Positions 18,596 through 28,198 of a stretch of DNA of 64,000 nt are shown here, piece after piece. Position 1 is the first letter of the stretch. Each line of letters starts with the position of its first letter. Origin of the DNA: an uncultured bacterium. GTDB taxonomy: Bacteria > Actinomycetota > Acidimicrobiia > Spongiisociales > ZC4RG35. The DNA is taken from contig CAWGTX010000006.1 of NCBI GenBank assembly GCA_963825585.1, positions 387,905 to 451,904 on the forward strand, in the 5' to 3' direction. The translations under genes were made by a program, and so were the position numbers. The notes beneath the pieces were generated by a model that saw nothing but the letters and a program-made list of their open reading frames with translations, made no database searches and had not been told where the DNA came from.

Positions 18596-19934
18596 TCAGG
18601 GCCGGTTGAGTACCAGGAAGTTCTCGTCCCGGTGGATCTCGATCCATCCGGCCGCCAACAGGATCTGGGTGATCGGTTGATCGACGCCGACGAGAGCCTG
18701 GTCCAGGTCCCACTTCTCGAACTCGGCGAGCCACTCCTTCCCACCGCGGGTGGTGTCGGAGAAGGCGACGTAGTGCTCCTGGTACAGCTCCGCTCGATCG
18801 TCGACGTACACCAATCGATCGGGCCAGGCGTCGAAGATCAGGTATCCGCCGACCCCGTCGCCGTGAAAGACCCTGTCGGATGTCAGGCGCGTGGCGGCCT
18901 CGACGGGGAATCGTTCCTCGTCGAGCCCTGGCTCCCGGGGTAGCAGCAGCGTAGAGGCCAACAAGGCCGCACCCACCCCCACCAGCAGCGGGCGGGGAAG
19001 ACGGGTACGAGCGTCGAGCCGCGTGTCGACCGCCGGCGGCGCCATCGGCAATGACTGGGAGGAGCGCGATCCACATGACCGGTATCGACCGGTTGGCGGT
19101 CAACCCGAACACGAACCAGGCGAGCACGGGGAGGTTCTCCCGCCACCCGAGACCGCTGCGTGCCGCGTGGACAACGAGCAACACCAGTGCGGCCAACACC
19201 GGCCACAGGGGCGCTGACACCAGGTCGGGTGGTTGCCACTCCTGGATCCGGTCCAGCGCCTCGTTGCCCTGGAAGAACTCGAGCAGGATCGACCACACAC
19301 CCAGGCCGTGCGCCGTGAACTGCGTGAGGACTCCGGCGGCCACGCCCTGCTTGATCAGACTCCGGTCACTCGTGCGGATCCACTCGAGTCCGATGGCAAC
19401 GAAGATGAGGATGAACGATCCGTGGAGGCTCGCCCACAGCCAGCCGAGGAGGGGTAGACACCAGCGCAGCCCCTTCGCCCGGAGAGAGAGGATCGTCAGG
19501 GCGAGCATGAGGTACGAAAAGATCACCGGCCTCGGATTGAGGAACGGCAACGTGATCAGTGCGGTGAGCGCCATGGTGATCGCCATCGCAGGGCCCACGG
19601 GGATGTGTCTCCGTGCGATCACGAACAGCACGACGAAGGTGGCACCGCCCACCAGTGGTGGAACCAACAGCCCGCTGTCGAGGCCCCAGGTGTCGAATGC
19701 CCACGAGTACCCGAGGTCGGCCAGCCAGGACTGGGTCCGCCAGGGTTCCCCGAGGGCAGTGAAGCTGAAGGGGTCGCTGGTGAGGACCGTCCCTCCATCG
19801 ACCTGGACTCGCCCGGCCACGATGTGCCAAAGGTACGAGTTGTCGGCCTGTGGCCGGCGGGTGCGAATCAGGAGCACCACCGGTCCGAACAAGGCAGCCA
19901 GCGACCAGATCGACCAGGTGCGCCGGACGGTCAC
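18596..19934 (-). CDS. Polytopic membrane protein with a C-terminal extracytoplasmic domain, unknown function. It is the last gene of the tad operon and carries one frameshift near 19000-19050.
   Basis: N-terminal 310 aa of ORF 18543..19934 are membrane-like ('YLWHIVAGR...'). The frame then degenerates. ORF 18596..19051 in another frame encodes a clean soluble domain ('...YLIFDAWPDRLVYVDDRAELYQEHYVAFSD...'). The switch lies within a ggcgccgccggcggtcgac GC repeat. Confidence 0.5.
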
Positions 19935-19940
19935 CTCGGC

Positions 19941-20852
19941 TCAGCTGGCAAAGGCACGGGAGATGCTGATCCCGGCCGGCCCTAGCAACACCACGAAGAG
20001 GGCGGGGAAAATGCAGAACACCAGTGGGAAGACGATCTTCACCGGTGCGGCGAAGGCTTTCTCCTGGGCACGCTGACGACGCTTGACGCGCATCTCGTCG
20101 GCCTGGACCCTCAATACCCGGGCGATGGCGACACCGAACGCCTCGGCCTGGAGCATGGCGAGCAGGAACGATCGGAGTTCCTCGAGATCCGTCCGGTCCA
20201 TGAGATGACGCATGGCGTCCCGACGACTCACTCCCACCCGGGTCTCCTGCAACATGCGGAAGAACTCCTCCGACAGCGGCCCGGGCACCGTGGCGACCAC
20301 CCGAGCCAGGGCGGAGTCGAAGCCAAGCCCGGCTTCGACCGAGATGACGAGGAGGTCGAGGGTGTCGGGCAACGCCCGCAGCATCGCCCCCTGCCGCTCT
20401 TCGATCCGGCGGCTCAGCCACACATCGGGAAGCAGGAAGCCCATCACCGGCGGGCCGAACAGCACCAATGCCTTGGTCAAACCGTCCCCGAAGTTCCGGA
20501 GGAAGAACGTCGCCGTGAGACCGAGCATCAACAACACGATCTTGATGACCACGAACGACGCGGCGTCCATATTGGATGGGTTGCCTGCCAGCAGCATCTT
20601 GTGCTGGGTCTTCTCGATGTACCCAGCCGGCGTGAAACGACCGAACAGCCGGCCCAGGCCCAGGATCACCGGGGCGAGGGCACGCTCCACGAACGGTTTG
20701 GAAAGGGTCTCGTCACGCGTGGCGCCCCGACCGTAGACGGCCAGCCGGTCGGTGGTCGTCCTCTGGACGCGCACCACCGCGAACCCGACCCAACCAGCGA
20801 TCAGGAGGACGCCACCGAACACCAGGGCAACCGGAATGAAGATTGGATCCAT
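19941..20852 (-). CDS. tadC: Tad pilus assembly inner-membrane protein TadC (T2SS-F/GspF-like domain)
   Basis: 303 aa. One N-terminal TM helix, a cytoplasmic T2SSF-like domain ('LPDTLDLLVISVEAGLGFDSAL') and C-terminal TM helices. Confidence 0.85.
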   Translation of the reverse strand: MDPIFIPVALVFGGVLLIAGWVGFAVVRVQRTTTDRLAVYGRGATRDETLSKPFVERALAPVILGLGRLFGRFTPAGYIEKTQHKMLLAGNPSNMDAASFVVIKIVLLMLGLTATFFLRNFGDGLTKALVLFGPPVMGFLLPDVWLSRRIEERQGAMLRALPDTLDLLVISVEAGLGFDSALARVVATVPGPLSEEFFRMLQETRVGVSRRDAMRHLMDRTDLEELRSFLLAMLQAEAFGVAIARVLRVQADEMRVKRRQRAQEKAFAAPVKIVFPLVFCIFPALFVVLLGPAGISISRAFAS

Positions 20853-20855
20853 GGG

Positions 20856-22898
20856 TCAGACCTCGATGTTGACGATTTTGCGGAGCCAGAGCATGCCACC
20901 GGCCATCAGGAACAATCCGACGCCGATGGCGATCAACCCGGCCGAGGACTCGAACAACGGCCTCAGGTAGTCGGGGTTGGACGACCACAGGAAACCGGCG
21001 ATCGTGAACGGGAGGGCTCCCAGCACGATGGCGGAGATCCTTCCTTCCGCAGTGAGGGCTTTGATCTCACCTCGAAGCCGGTTGCGAGCCATCATGGTGT
21101 CGGCGACCGTCTGGAGGACCTCCGCCAAGTTGCCGCCAACTTCCCGCTGGATGTCTATCGCCATCGCAGCCCACTCGAAATCCTGGGATTGCGTTCGCTG
21201 CGTGATACCGGTGAGGGCGTCGGTGACCTGGCGGCCCAGTCGGGCCTCGGCGATGGCACGACCGAACTCCCGAGCGGTCGGGTTGGGAGCCTCTTGTGCC
21301 ACGGCTTCGATCGCCTGGAGGAGTGAGTAACCGGCTCGAAGGGATGTGGACAGCAGGGTGAGGGTGTCGGGCAGCTGCTTCTCGAAGCGCGCCTTCTCGC
21401 GTGATCCCAGGAAGTTGATCAGGCCAAACACACCGAGCACCATGAGCACGAACACGACGACGGCCGTGATCGGGTTGGCAGTGAGAACGCCTGCAATGAG
21501 CGCGACGACGGCCGACAGGCCGATGGCTGCGGCGATCGCCTCACCCGCCGAGAGTGGCAGGTTGCCCTGTTCCAGCGTCGAGTTGACTGCCCCGAGGAGA
21601 CCGCGTTTTCTCACCTGCTCTTCGGCGGCCGCCGTGAAACGGTTGAGCAGCGGGATCCGCTCCAGGAATGATCGCCTTTCTTCGGCCAGGCCTCCACGAC
21701 GACCGTAGGCAGCCAGCCTCTTCCCGAAGCGTGAAGCGCTGTCGCCGTCGTTGCCGATGAGGATGAAGACGAAGAGGGCAACGGCGCCACCGATGCCGAG
21801 CGTCGCCAACAGCAGCACCGCGTCGAGGTCGAGGGGCAGGTCATACGTGACGACCTCTGGTTCGACGACCGCCAACTGGTAGGTGGTGGTGGTGGCGGGC
21901 AGGGTCGTCGTGGTGGTTGCGAATCCGGGCACGTTCTGTTGGGTGCTGGCCTGGAGGGTCCCATATCGGATACCGAACTCGACGGCAGTTGGATCGGTCA
22001 CCGTGCTCCGGAAACGGATCACGATGGCCCGGTTGAGTTCGCGTTGGATCTGACCGTAGATCGACGACAGCTCCTCGGGATCGGCGGTTGGAAGGAAGAA
22101 GCCGCCGCCTTCGGTGGCGATAGCCTCCAGATCGACCGGTTCGAACTCACCCGACTCGATGGCGACGCCGAACGTCCTCACATCTTCTCGCTGGACCGCG
22201 CTGATCGCTTCGTTCACACCATTGACGCTCCCCTGATCCTCGCCATCGGTGAGGACGATCATGCTGCGTCGGCCCTGGTCGCCGATGCCGGCGTCGCGGA
22301 ACACGTCGGTCGCCAGCACGATGCCATCGAACATGGCGGTTGCACCGCGAGGTTCGAGGGCATTGATCGCCTCGATGAGCGTGTCGGCGTTGGTGACGAA
22401 GTTGGTGACGATCTGGGCCTCGTCCGAGAAGGTGATCAGCGCCACGAAGTCCTCGGGCTCCTTCTGCTCGACGAAGCTGACCGCTGCCGCCTTGGCGGCG
22501 GTCAGTCGCCCATCGTCGTCCATCGAACCGGAGGTGTCGATGACGAGGGCGACGAAGGAGGGAACGGTGGAGAAGTCACCCTCGACCACCTGGGCGTCCT
22601 CGATCACCTGTCCGTTCTCGGTGACCACGACCTGGCTCGGATCGACGTCGGCGGTCAACCCCTGCAGCGCCACGTACATGGTGACCTGGCCCTCGGTTGC
22701 GAAGCGGCTCAGCTCGGTGCTGTAGATGGTGAGCTTGGCATTGGGGCCGATACCCGGTGCAGATTCCGAGACCGTGTCTTCGGTGACCGCAACCGTGGTC
22801 GGGGTGCTCGTCGTGGTGGTGTCTTCCTGGGCGAGGGCCGCTCCCCCGCCCATCAGGCCCAACAGCAGCGTCGCCGCCGCGAACAGTCGCATCTTCAT
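20856..22898 (-). CDS. tadB: Fusion protein: signal peptide, secreted von Willebrand factor A (VWA) domain and TadB (T2SS-F domain)
   Basis: Signal peptide '[23 protein letters not shown]'. VWA MIDAS motif 'VIDTSGSMDDDGRL...LTDGED'. A TM helix is followed by a canonical TadB region ('LPDTLTLLSTSLRAGYSLLQAIEAV...'). The ORF is continuous with no internal stop. Confidence 0.8.
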   Translation of the reverse strand: MKMRLFAAATLLLGLMGGGAALAQEDTTTTSTPTTVAVTEDTVSESAPGIGPNAKLTIYSTELSRFATEGQVTMYVALQGLTADVDPSQVVVTENGQVIEDAQVVEGDFSTVPSFVALVIDTSGSMDDDGRLTAAKAAAVSFVEQKEPEDFVALITFSDEAQIVTNFVTNADTLIEAINALEPRGATAMFDGIVLATDVFRDAGIGDQGRRSMIVLTDGEDQGSVNGVNEAISAVQREDVRTFGVAIESGEFEPVDLEAIATEGGGFFLPTADPEELSSIYGQIQRELNRAIVIRFRSTVTDPTAVEFGIRYGTLQASTQQNVPGFATTTTTLPATTTTYQLAVVEPEVVTYDLPLDLDAVLLLATLGIGGAVALFVFILIGNDGDSASRFGKRLAAYGRRGGLAEERRSFLERIPLLNRFTAAAEEQVRKRGLLGAVNSTLEQGNLPLSAGEAIAAAIGLSAVVALIAGVLTANPITAVVVFVLMVLGVFGLINFLGSREKARFEKQLPDTLTLLSTSLRAGYSLLQAIEAVAQEAPNPTAREFGRAIAEARLGRQVTDALTGITQRTQSQDFEWAAMAIDIQREVGGNLAEVLQTVADTMMARNRLRGEIKALTAEGRISAIVLGALPFTIAGFLWSSNPDYLRPLFESSAGLIAIGVGLFLMAGGMLWLRKIVNIEV

Positions 22899-24277
22899 CA
22901 GCGTGCGAGGGCGAACTGGTCGGAACGACGGGCGAAGGGCTCCGGCTCGAACAGGTCGGCGGGAAGCTTGATACCGAGATCGAGGAGTTTCTCGCTGAAA
23001 CTCGGCCGGATTCCCGTGGCCTTGAGACGGCCCAGGAAGCGACCGTTCTCGTCGACGCCCATTCCGAAGTCGAACATGAAGAGGTCCTGGAGGGTGATGA
23101 TCTCGCCTTCCATGCCTTCCACCTCGGTGACGTGTGTGATCCGACGAGTGCCATCACGGAGCCGGGACACATGAACGATCATGTCGACCGCCGAGGCGAT
23201 CTGTTCCCGGATCGCCCGGATCGGCAGGTCGTAGCCCGACATCATCACCAGAGTCTCCATACGAGCCAAGGTGTCCCGGGGCCCGTTGGAGTGGAGTGTG
23301 GTCAGCGAGCCGTCGTGGCCGGTGTTCATGGCCTGGAGCATGTCCAGAGCCTCGCCACCACGACACTCCCCCACCACGATCCGGTCGGGTCGCATACGCA
23401 GGCAGTTCTTGACCAGGTCACGGATGGTGATGGCGCCTTTACCCTCGATGTTGGCCGGGCGGGATTCGAGGCTGAGCACGTGATCCTGATGGAGCTGGAG
23501 TTCGGCGGCGTCCTCGACCGTGACGATGCGCTCGTCGGTCGGCAGGTACCCGGAGAGCACATTGAGGGTGGTGGTCTTGCCGGAACCGGTACCGCCCGAG
23601 ATGATCACGTTGAGACGGCCGACGACGCACGCCCGGAGAAAGTCCGCGGTGCGCTGGTTGTAGGTACCGAAGCGGATCAGGTCCGACTCGGTGAGCGGAT
23701 CCACCGAGAACTTACGAATCGTGAGGAACGGGCCGCCGATCGCCAGAGGCGGGATCACCGCATTCACACGGGAACCATCCGGGAGGCGGGCGTCCACCAT
23801 CGGAGTGGCCTCGTCGACCCGGCGGCCGATCTGGCCCACGATCTTGTCGATGATGCGGCGGAGGTGGACCTGATCGACGAAGCGGATGTCGGACTTGGTG
23901 AGCTTGCCGGCCCGCTCGACGTAGATGTCGTAGGGCCCGTTCACCATGACCTCGGTGACGTCCGGGTCGTTCAACAGGGGGTCGATCGGCCCGTAGCCAA
24001 GCACGTCAGACGCGATCTCGTTGAGGAGTTGGCGGCGATCCGACGAGGTGAGCGGGAGGCTCTGCTCCTGGTCCAGCGCCCACTCCAGCATCTCCATGAC
24101 CCGGAGCCGAAGCTCGGCGTCGCTCATCTGGCGGTCGTACAGGGTGGGGCCCAGTTCCTCGACCACCTTGAAGTGCAGTCGGCCGCGGAGCTCGGTGACC
24201 GCCTCCGAGCGGTTACCACCGATGGTTGCGACCTCAGTGGCCTTGGCGGCGGCGACCCGTTCCGAAAGCGATGCCAT
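22898..24277 (-). CDS. tadA: Tad pilus secretion ATPase TadA/CpaF
   Basis: Walker A '[16 protein letters not shown]', plus Asp and His boxes. The stop overlaps the tadB start (TGATG). Confidence 0.9.
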   Translation of the reverse strand: MASLSERVAAAKATEVATIGGNRSEAVTELRGRLHFKVVEELGPTLYDRQMSDAELRLRVMEMLEWALDQEQSLPLTSSDRRQLLNEIASDVLGYGPIDPLLNDPDVTEVMVNGPYDIYVERAGKLTKSDIRFVDQVHLRRIIDKIVGQIGRRVDEATPMVDARLPDGSRVNAVIPPLAIGGPFLTIRKFSVDPLTESDLIRFGTYNQRTADFLRACVVGRLNVIISGGTGSGKTTTLNVLSGYLPTDERIVTVEDAAELQLHQDHVLSLESRPANIEGKGAITIRDLVKNCLRMRPDRIVVGECRGGEALDMLQAMNTGHDGSLTTLHSNGPRDTLARMETLVMMSGYDLPIRAIREQIASAVDMIVHVSRLRDGTRRITHVTEVEGMEGEIITLQDLFMFDFGMGVDENGRFLGRLKATGIRPSFSEKLLDLGIKLPADLFEPEPFARRSDQFALAR

Positions 24278-24327
24278 CTCCCTGAACCCCTTGTGTCTCG
24301 ATCAGCTGCGCGAGCGGTGCTACCTGC

Positions 24328-25512
24328 TCAGTTTCGGCGGAAAACGCCCCGGCCTGAAGCGGCTTGTTGTGGGGCATGGCCGGTGACCACCTGGGCGACC
24401 TCTTCGAAGCCCTTCGCCACCTTCGACTTGGGCGCCGACTCCACAACCGGACGGCCCTCGTTGACGCTGGCCGCAACGATCCCTTCTGAAGGGACCCGGG
24501 CCATGATCTGGGCCTTGAGTGCGCCCTCGATCTCCTTGTCGTCGAGCCTGGCTTTCGCATTCGAGCGGTTGAGTACCAGGTTGACCTTGCCGGTCGGGTA
24601 CTTGAGGAGTCGGAGCGTCTCGAGCGCCAGCTTGGCGTTCTTGACCGATGGCAGGTCCATGTCGACCACCATCAGAACCTGATCGGAGCGCTCCAGCAAC
24701 GACAACAGCAACTCGTCGAGCAACGAGGCCGTGTCGACCACCACGTAGTCGAATCGTTCGCTGATCACGTCGATGATCTGGAGCAGCCCCCCGGTGGTGA
24801 TGTCGTCGGCGAAGGCCGGCTCCAGAGGAGCGGCCAACACTTTGAGGCCACTGGGGTGCGGGGTGAGGATCGACTCGATCAGCGTGGCGTCCAAGCGGTG
24901 CAACTCGGCAGCCGCATTCACGACCGTGAACTTTGGTTCGAGCTGGAGCACGAGGCAGACGTCGCCGAACTGAAGGTCGGCATCCACCAGGCACACCGAG
25001 GTGTTCGGCTCGCGAGCCAAGAGCACGGCGAGATTGGTGGCGGTGACGGTTTTGCCCGATCCGCCTTTGGCCGACATCACCGTGACCACCTTGCCCCGAT
25101 CGGCGGATTCGCCCCCGCCACTGCCGGGCCCACCCCGGCGCAACTGAAGCATGTCGCTCGAGAACTGGCTGATCGCCTGTTCGATCTTCTCTTCGGTGAG
25201 TGGAGCCTCGATCACATCCGAGACGCCCACCCGCATGGCCGCCCGCAACAGGTTGGCGGTCACCGATTCGGCAACGATCAGCGAGATCAGGGCTGGATCC
25301 TGATGACGAAGCGTCCGCACCGAATCGAGCGCGCCCTCGTGAGCGAAGCTCGGCCCAAGGATGACCATGCGCAGGCTACCGCTCTCGATGGCTTGCAGGG
25401 CGTCACCGATCGACCGGGCGGTCGGCAGCCTTCCATCGAAAAGGCGCTTGGCCTCGTCGATGAATGCGTCGTCGTCGTCGACGACGAGCAGGTTGTTCTC
25501 GGTGAGCGACAC
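24328..25512 (-). CDS. tadZ: TadZ/CpaE pilus-assembly localisation ATPase (N-terminal REC-like domain + MinD/ParA-like ATPase)
   Basis: The N-terminal 'LLVVDDDDAFIDE' is receiver-like. The deviant Walker A is 'SAKGGSGKTVTATNLA'. Confidence 0.8.
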   Translation of the reverse strand: MSLTENNLLVVDDDDAFIDEAKRLFDGRLPTARSIGDALQAIESGSLRMVILGPSFAHEGALDSVRTLRHQDPALISLIVAESVTANLLRAAMRVGVSDVIEAPLTEEKIEQAISQFSSDMLQLRRGGPGSGGGESADRGKVVTVMSAKGGSGKTVTATNLAVLLAREPNTSVCLVDADLQFGDVCLVLQLEPKFTVVNAAAELHRLDATLIESILTPHPSGLKVLAAPLEPAFADDITTGGLLQIIDVISERFDYVVVDTASLLDELLLSLLERSDQVLMVVDMDLPSVKNAKLALETLRLLKYPTGKVNLVLNRSNAKARLDDKEIEGALKAQIMARVPSEGIVAASVNEGRPVVESAPKSKVAKGFEEVAQVVTGHAPQQAASGRGVFRRN

Positions 25513-25542
25513 TGTTGAGCTCTCTCGTTCGTTCCGGCTATA

Positions 25543-26463
25543 TCAATCGAAGATGTCGTCGATCAGTTCACCCTCGAACAAGCGCTCGATGGTGACACCC
25601 TGGGTGACGACGGGCTGGTTGTCGTCCGGCACCAGAGTCATGTAGATGGTGCCGTTCTGGATAGCGTAGACGAGTCGTTCGGCTTGGTTCGGGTCGACCT
25701 CGAGGGTATAGATGGTGCTCACGGCAACCGGAGCGGCCTCGCCCTGAACCGTGCCGCCCGGTGCCGCCTCGTCGATCGAGCCCTCGGCCGTCACGGAAGT
25801 GGCATCGGCTTCGGCCGGAACGATTTCCTGGCCCACTGCCAGCACCTTGAGATTCTGGAGTACGAACCTTGTGTAGGGAACCACCACACTCAGCGCTTCG
25901 GTGTTGCCTTCCTCGTCGGTACCGGTCTGGGTGGGGACACCGAAGCTCGGTGCTTCGCTGGTGGCGGTGAGGCCAACCTCCAGGTCGACCGTCACCATGA
26001 CATTCACCAGATCGCCCGGCTGGGCGAAGCCATTGATGCCCTGTACGTCTCCGGGGGAGATGGTGAGCGCCTGCTTGCCGGCGGATATCGACTCCTTGAG
26101 CGGTCGGATGCTCACGTCGGGAGCCACCCACTGGCTGGCGGTGAGAATGCCGTTCTCCGAAACCGGGCCTACGGCGACCTTGCCGTTGAGAACGTTCTCG
26201 AGGTCTGCAGCGGTCTGGATGGCGTCGGCGGGGAGGTCCTTCCGCTCTTCTGTGCTCTCGACGTAGGAGAGGTCTCGGCCCTGAAGGACCACAGAGCCCT
26301 CGGTACCCTCGAGGATCGGGACCACGGCACGGAAGACGGTGACCTTCTCCTGGCCCTCCTCGATCTCGGCCCTGACGTTGTTCAGGTACTGGAAGATGGC
26401 GAAGGCAGCAGCCGCGGCCAACACGAGTGCGATCACCAGTACTACGGCTCTCCGGCCCATCAA
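25543..26463 (-). CDS. cpaB: Flp pilus assembly protein CpaB/RcpC (SAF domain)
   Basis: One N-terminal TM helix, then a periplasmic beta-rich region. Sits in the upstream position of the tad operon. Confidence 0.75.
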   Translation of the reverse strand: MMGRRAVVLVIALVLAAAAAFAIFQYLNNVRAEIEEGQEKVTVFRAVVPILEGTEGSVVLQGRDLSYVESTEERKDLPADAIQTAADLENVLNGKVAVGPVSENGILTASQWVAPDVSIRPLKESISAGKQALTISPGDVQGINGFAQPGDLVNVMVTVDLEVGLTATSEAPSFGVPTQTGTDEEGNTEALSVVVPYTRFVLQNLKVLAVGQEIVPAEADATSVTAEGSIDEAAPGGTVQGEAAPVAVSTIYTLEVDPNQAERLVYAIQNGTIYMTLVPDDNQPVVTQGVTIERLFEGELIDDIFD

Positions 26464-26667
26464 TGCTCCTTGATCGTGTCATCACAGGTGGATGAACCCA
26501 CCGTTGGGGTGGCCAACCGGCGCTGCCGGCTGGACCCCGCGCAATGCCCCTTCTGCACATAGTGATGCAACGGGCTAGTCATCTCCGGTACTGATCGACG
26601 CATCCATACGGTGACTTGAGATGATTCTCCGAGGAAAATCGAGGAAGAAGCCGGGTCGGTCGACGCG

Positions 26668-28092
26668 TCAGCGTCGACCGATACCCCGTTCCTTCAATTC
26701 CTGCAGAATCGCCTCGAGCGAGGCATCGACCGCCACCGGTGGACGCTCTTCCTCTTCGGGGCCGAACTCTCGCTCGAACTCGCGACGGGTCGGAGGGCGC
26801 CGCGTCCGGGGAGCGTTGAGGGCGGCCTCGCGCTCCTTCCAGTCGGGGAGCGCCTGCTTGATCGATAGGCTCACCCGGCGCTTGTCCTCGTCGAGCTCGG
26901 TGATCTTGGCCTGCACGGCCTGACCGATCGACAGTTCGAGCTCGGGCGACTCCACACGGTGGATGGCGATCTCCGAGACGTGGACCAGTCCTTCGACACC
27001 TTCCGCCACCGAGACGAAGGCACCGAACGGCACCGTCTTGATGACCTGGCCGTCGACGACGTTGCCGACCTCGTTGTCCCGGGCGAAGACAACCCACGGA
27101 TCCTCGAGCGTCTGGCGGATCGAGAGGGAGATGCGCTCGCGGTCACGGTCGACCTCGAGCACCTTGATGGTGACCTTGTCGCCCACCTTGACGACCTCGG
27201 AGGGATGGTTGACGTGCTGCCAGGACAGCTCGGAGACGTGCACGAGCCCGTCCATGCCACCCAGGTCGACGAAGGCGCCGAAGTTGACGACCGACGAGAC
27301 CACACCTTCCCGGACCTCGCCCTCGGCGAGATCGTCGAGGAAGGCCTGACGCTGCTCTGCCTGCTCCTCTTCGAGGTAGGCACGCCGTGACAGCACCACG
27401 TTGTTGCGGTTGCGATCGAGCTCGATGACCTTGGCCTCGATCTCCTCGCCGATGAACGGATCGAGATCACGGACACGGCGCAGGTCTACCAGCGAAGCCG
27501 GCAGGAAACCGCGCAGGCCGATGTCGACGATGAGGCCACCCTTGACCACCTCGATGACGGTGCCCTTGACGGTCTTGCCCTCATCGGCGAGCTGATGGAT
27601 GCGGCCCCAGGCACGCTCGTACTGCGCCCGCTTCTTGGAAAGGATGAGTCGACCTTCGTCGTCTTCCTTGTTGAGGACCAACGCTTCGACCCGCTCGCCG
27701 ATGGTGACCACCTGGCTGGGATGAACGTTGTTGCGGATCGAGAGTTCCTCGGTGGGGATGAGACCCTCGGACTTGTATCCGATGTCGATCATGGCACCGT
27801 CGGCGTCCACGCCCACAACGGTCCCCTCCACGATGTCGCCCTCTTTGAACTCGAGGACGGTGGCGGCGATCGCTGCTTCGAAGTCATCGATGTCGATGTC
27901 GTCGGGCAATTCGCTCAGGTCGGGAGCCGAGATGGCGACTGGGCCGGGAACCCTGGCCGGCGGCGTTACCGGTGCTTCGTCGGGAACCGTGACCGGCTCT
28001 GCCGGTGGGGTCTCGACGGCAACGGTCGCCTCGGGTTCGGTGGTTGGGGTTTGCGCCTCGGCGTCGTCGGGCGCGCTGTCGTGGTCAGACAT
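26668..28092 (-). CDS. rpsA: 30S ribosomal protein S1
   Basis: Several S1 repeats ('GDIVEGTVVGVD...', 'GEVREGVVSSVVNFGAFVDLGG', 'VGNVVDGQVIKTVPFGAFV'). Acidic N-terminal extension. Start is taken at MSDHD (28092). Confidence 0.9.
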   Translation of the reverse strand: MSDHDSAPDDAEAQTPTTEPEATVAVETPPAEPVTVPDEAPVTPPARVPGPVAISAPDLSELPDDIDIDDFEAAIAATVLEFKEGDIVEGTVVGVDADGAMIDIGYKSEGLIPTEELSIRNNVHPSQVVTIGERVEALVLNKEDDEGRLILSKKRAQYERAWGRIHQLADEGKTVKGTVIEVVKGGLIVDIGLRGFLPASLVDLRRVRDLDPFIGEEIEAKVIELDRNRNNVVLSRRAYLEEEQAEQRQAFLDDLAEGEVREGVVSSVVNFGAFVDLGGMDGLVHVSELSWQHVNHPSEVVKVGDKVTIKVLEVDRDRERISLSIRQTLEDPWVVFARDNEVGNVVDGQVIKTVPFGAFVSVAEGVEGLVHVSEIAIHRVESPELELSIGQAVQAKITELDEDKRRVSLSIKQALPDWKEREAALNAPRTRRPPTRREFEREFGPEEEERPPVAVDASLEAILQELKERGIGRR

Positions 28093-28198
28093 GGGTGGGT
28101 CGTGTTCCTCCGAGATGGTTCTCCTTGCGGTCGCAAGAGGACGCAAGGGAAATGGAACACTATCACATCGGCCCGAGGCCGGGCCAACCACGGGGCGT

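Noticed and set aside
20205-21326. 373-aa + strand ORF
   Set aside because: It is antisense to tadC and tadB and low-complexity.
26630-26680. Inverted repeat ggtcgacgc-gtca-gcgtcgacc at the rpsA stop, as a possible terminator
   Set aside because: The hairpin includes the stop codon and the last codons, and lacks a U-tract. It may just reflect a palindromic SalI-like sequence. Not called.
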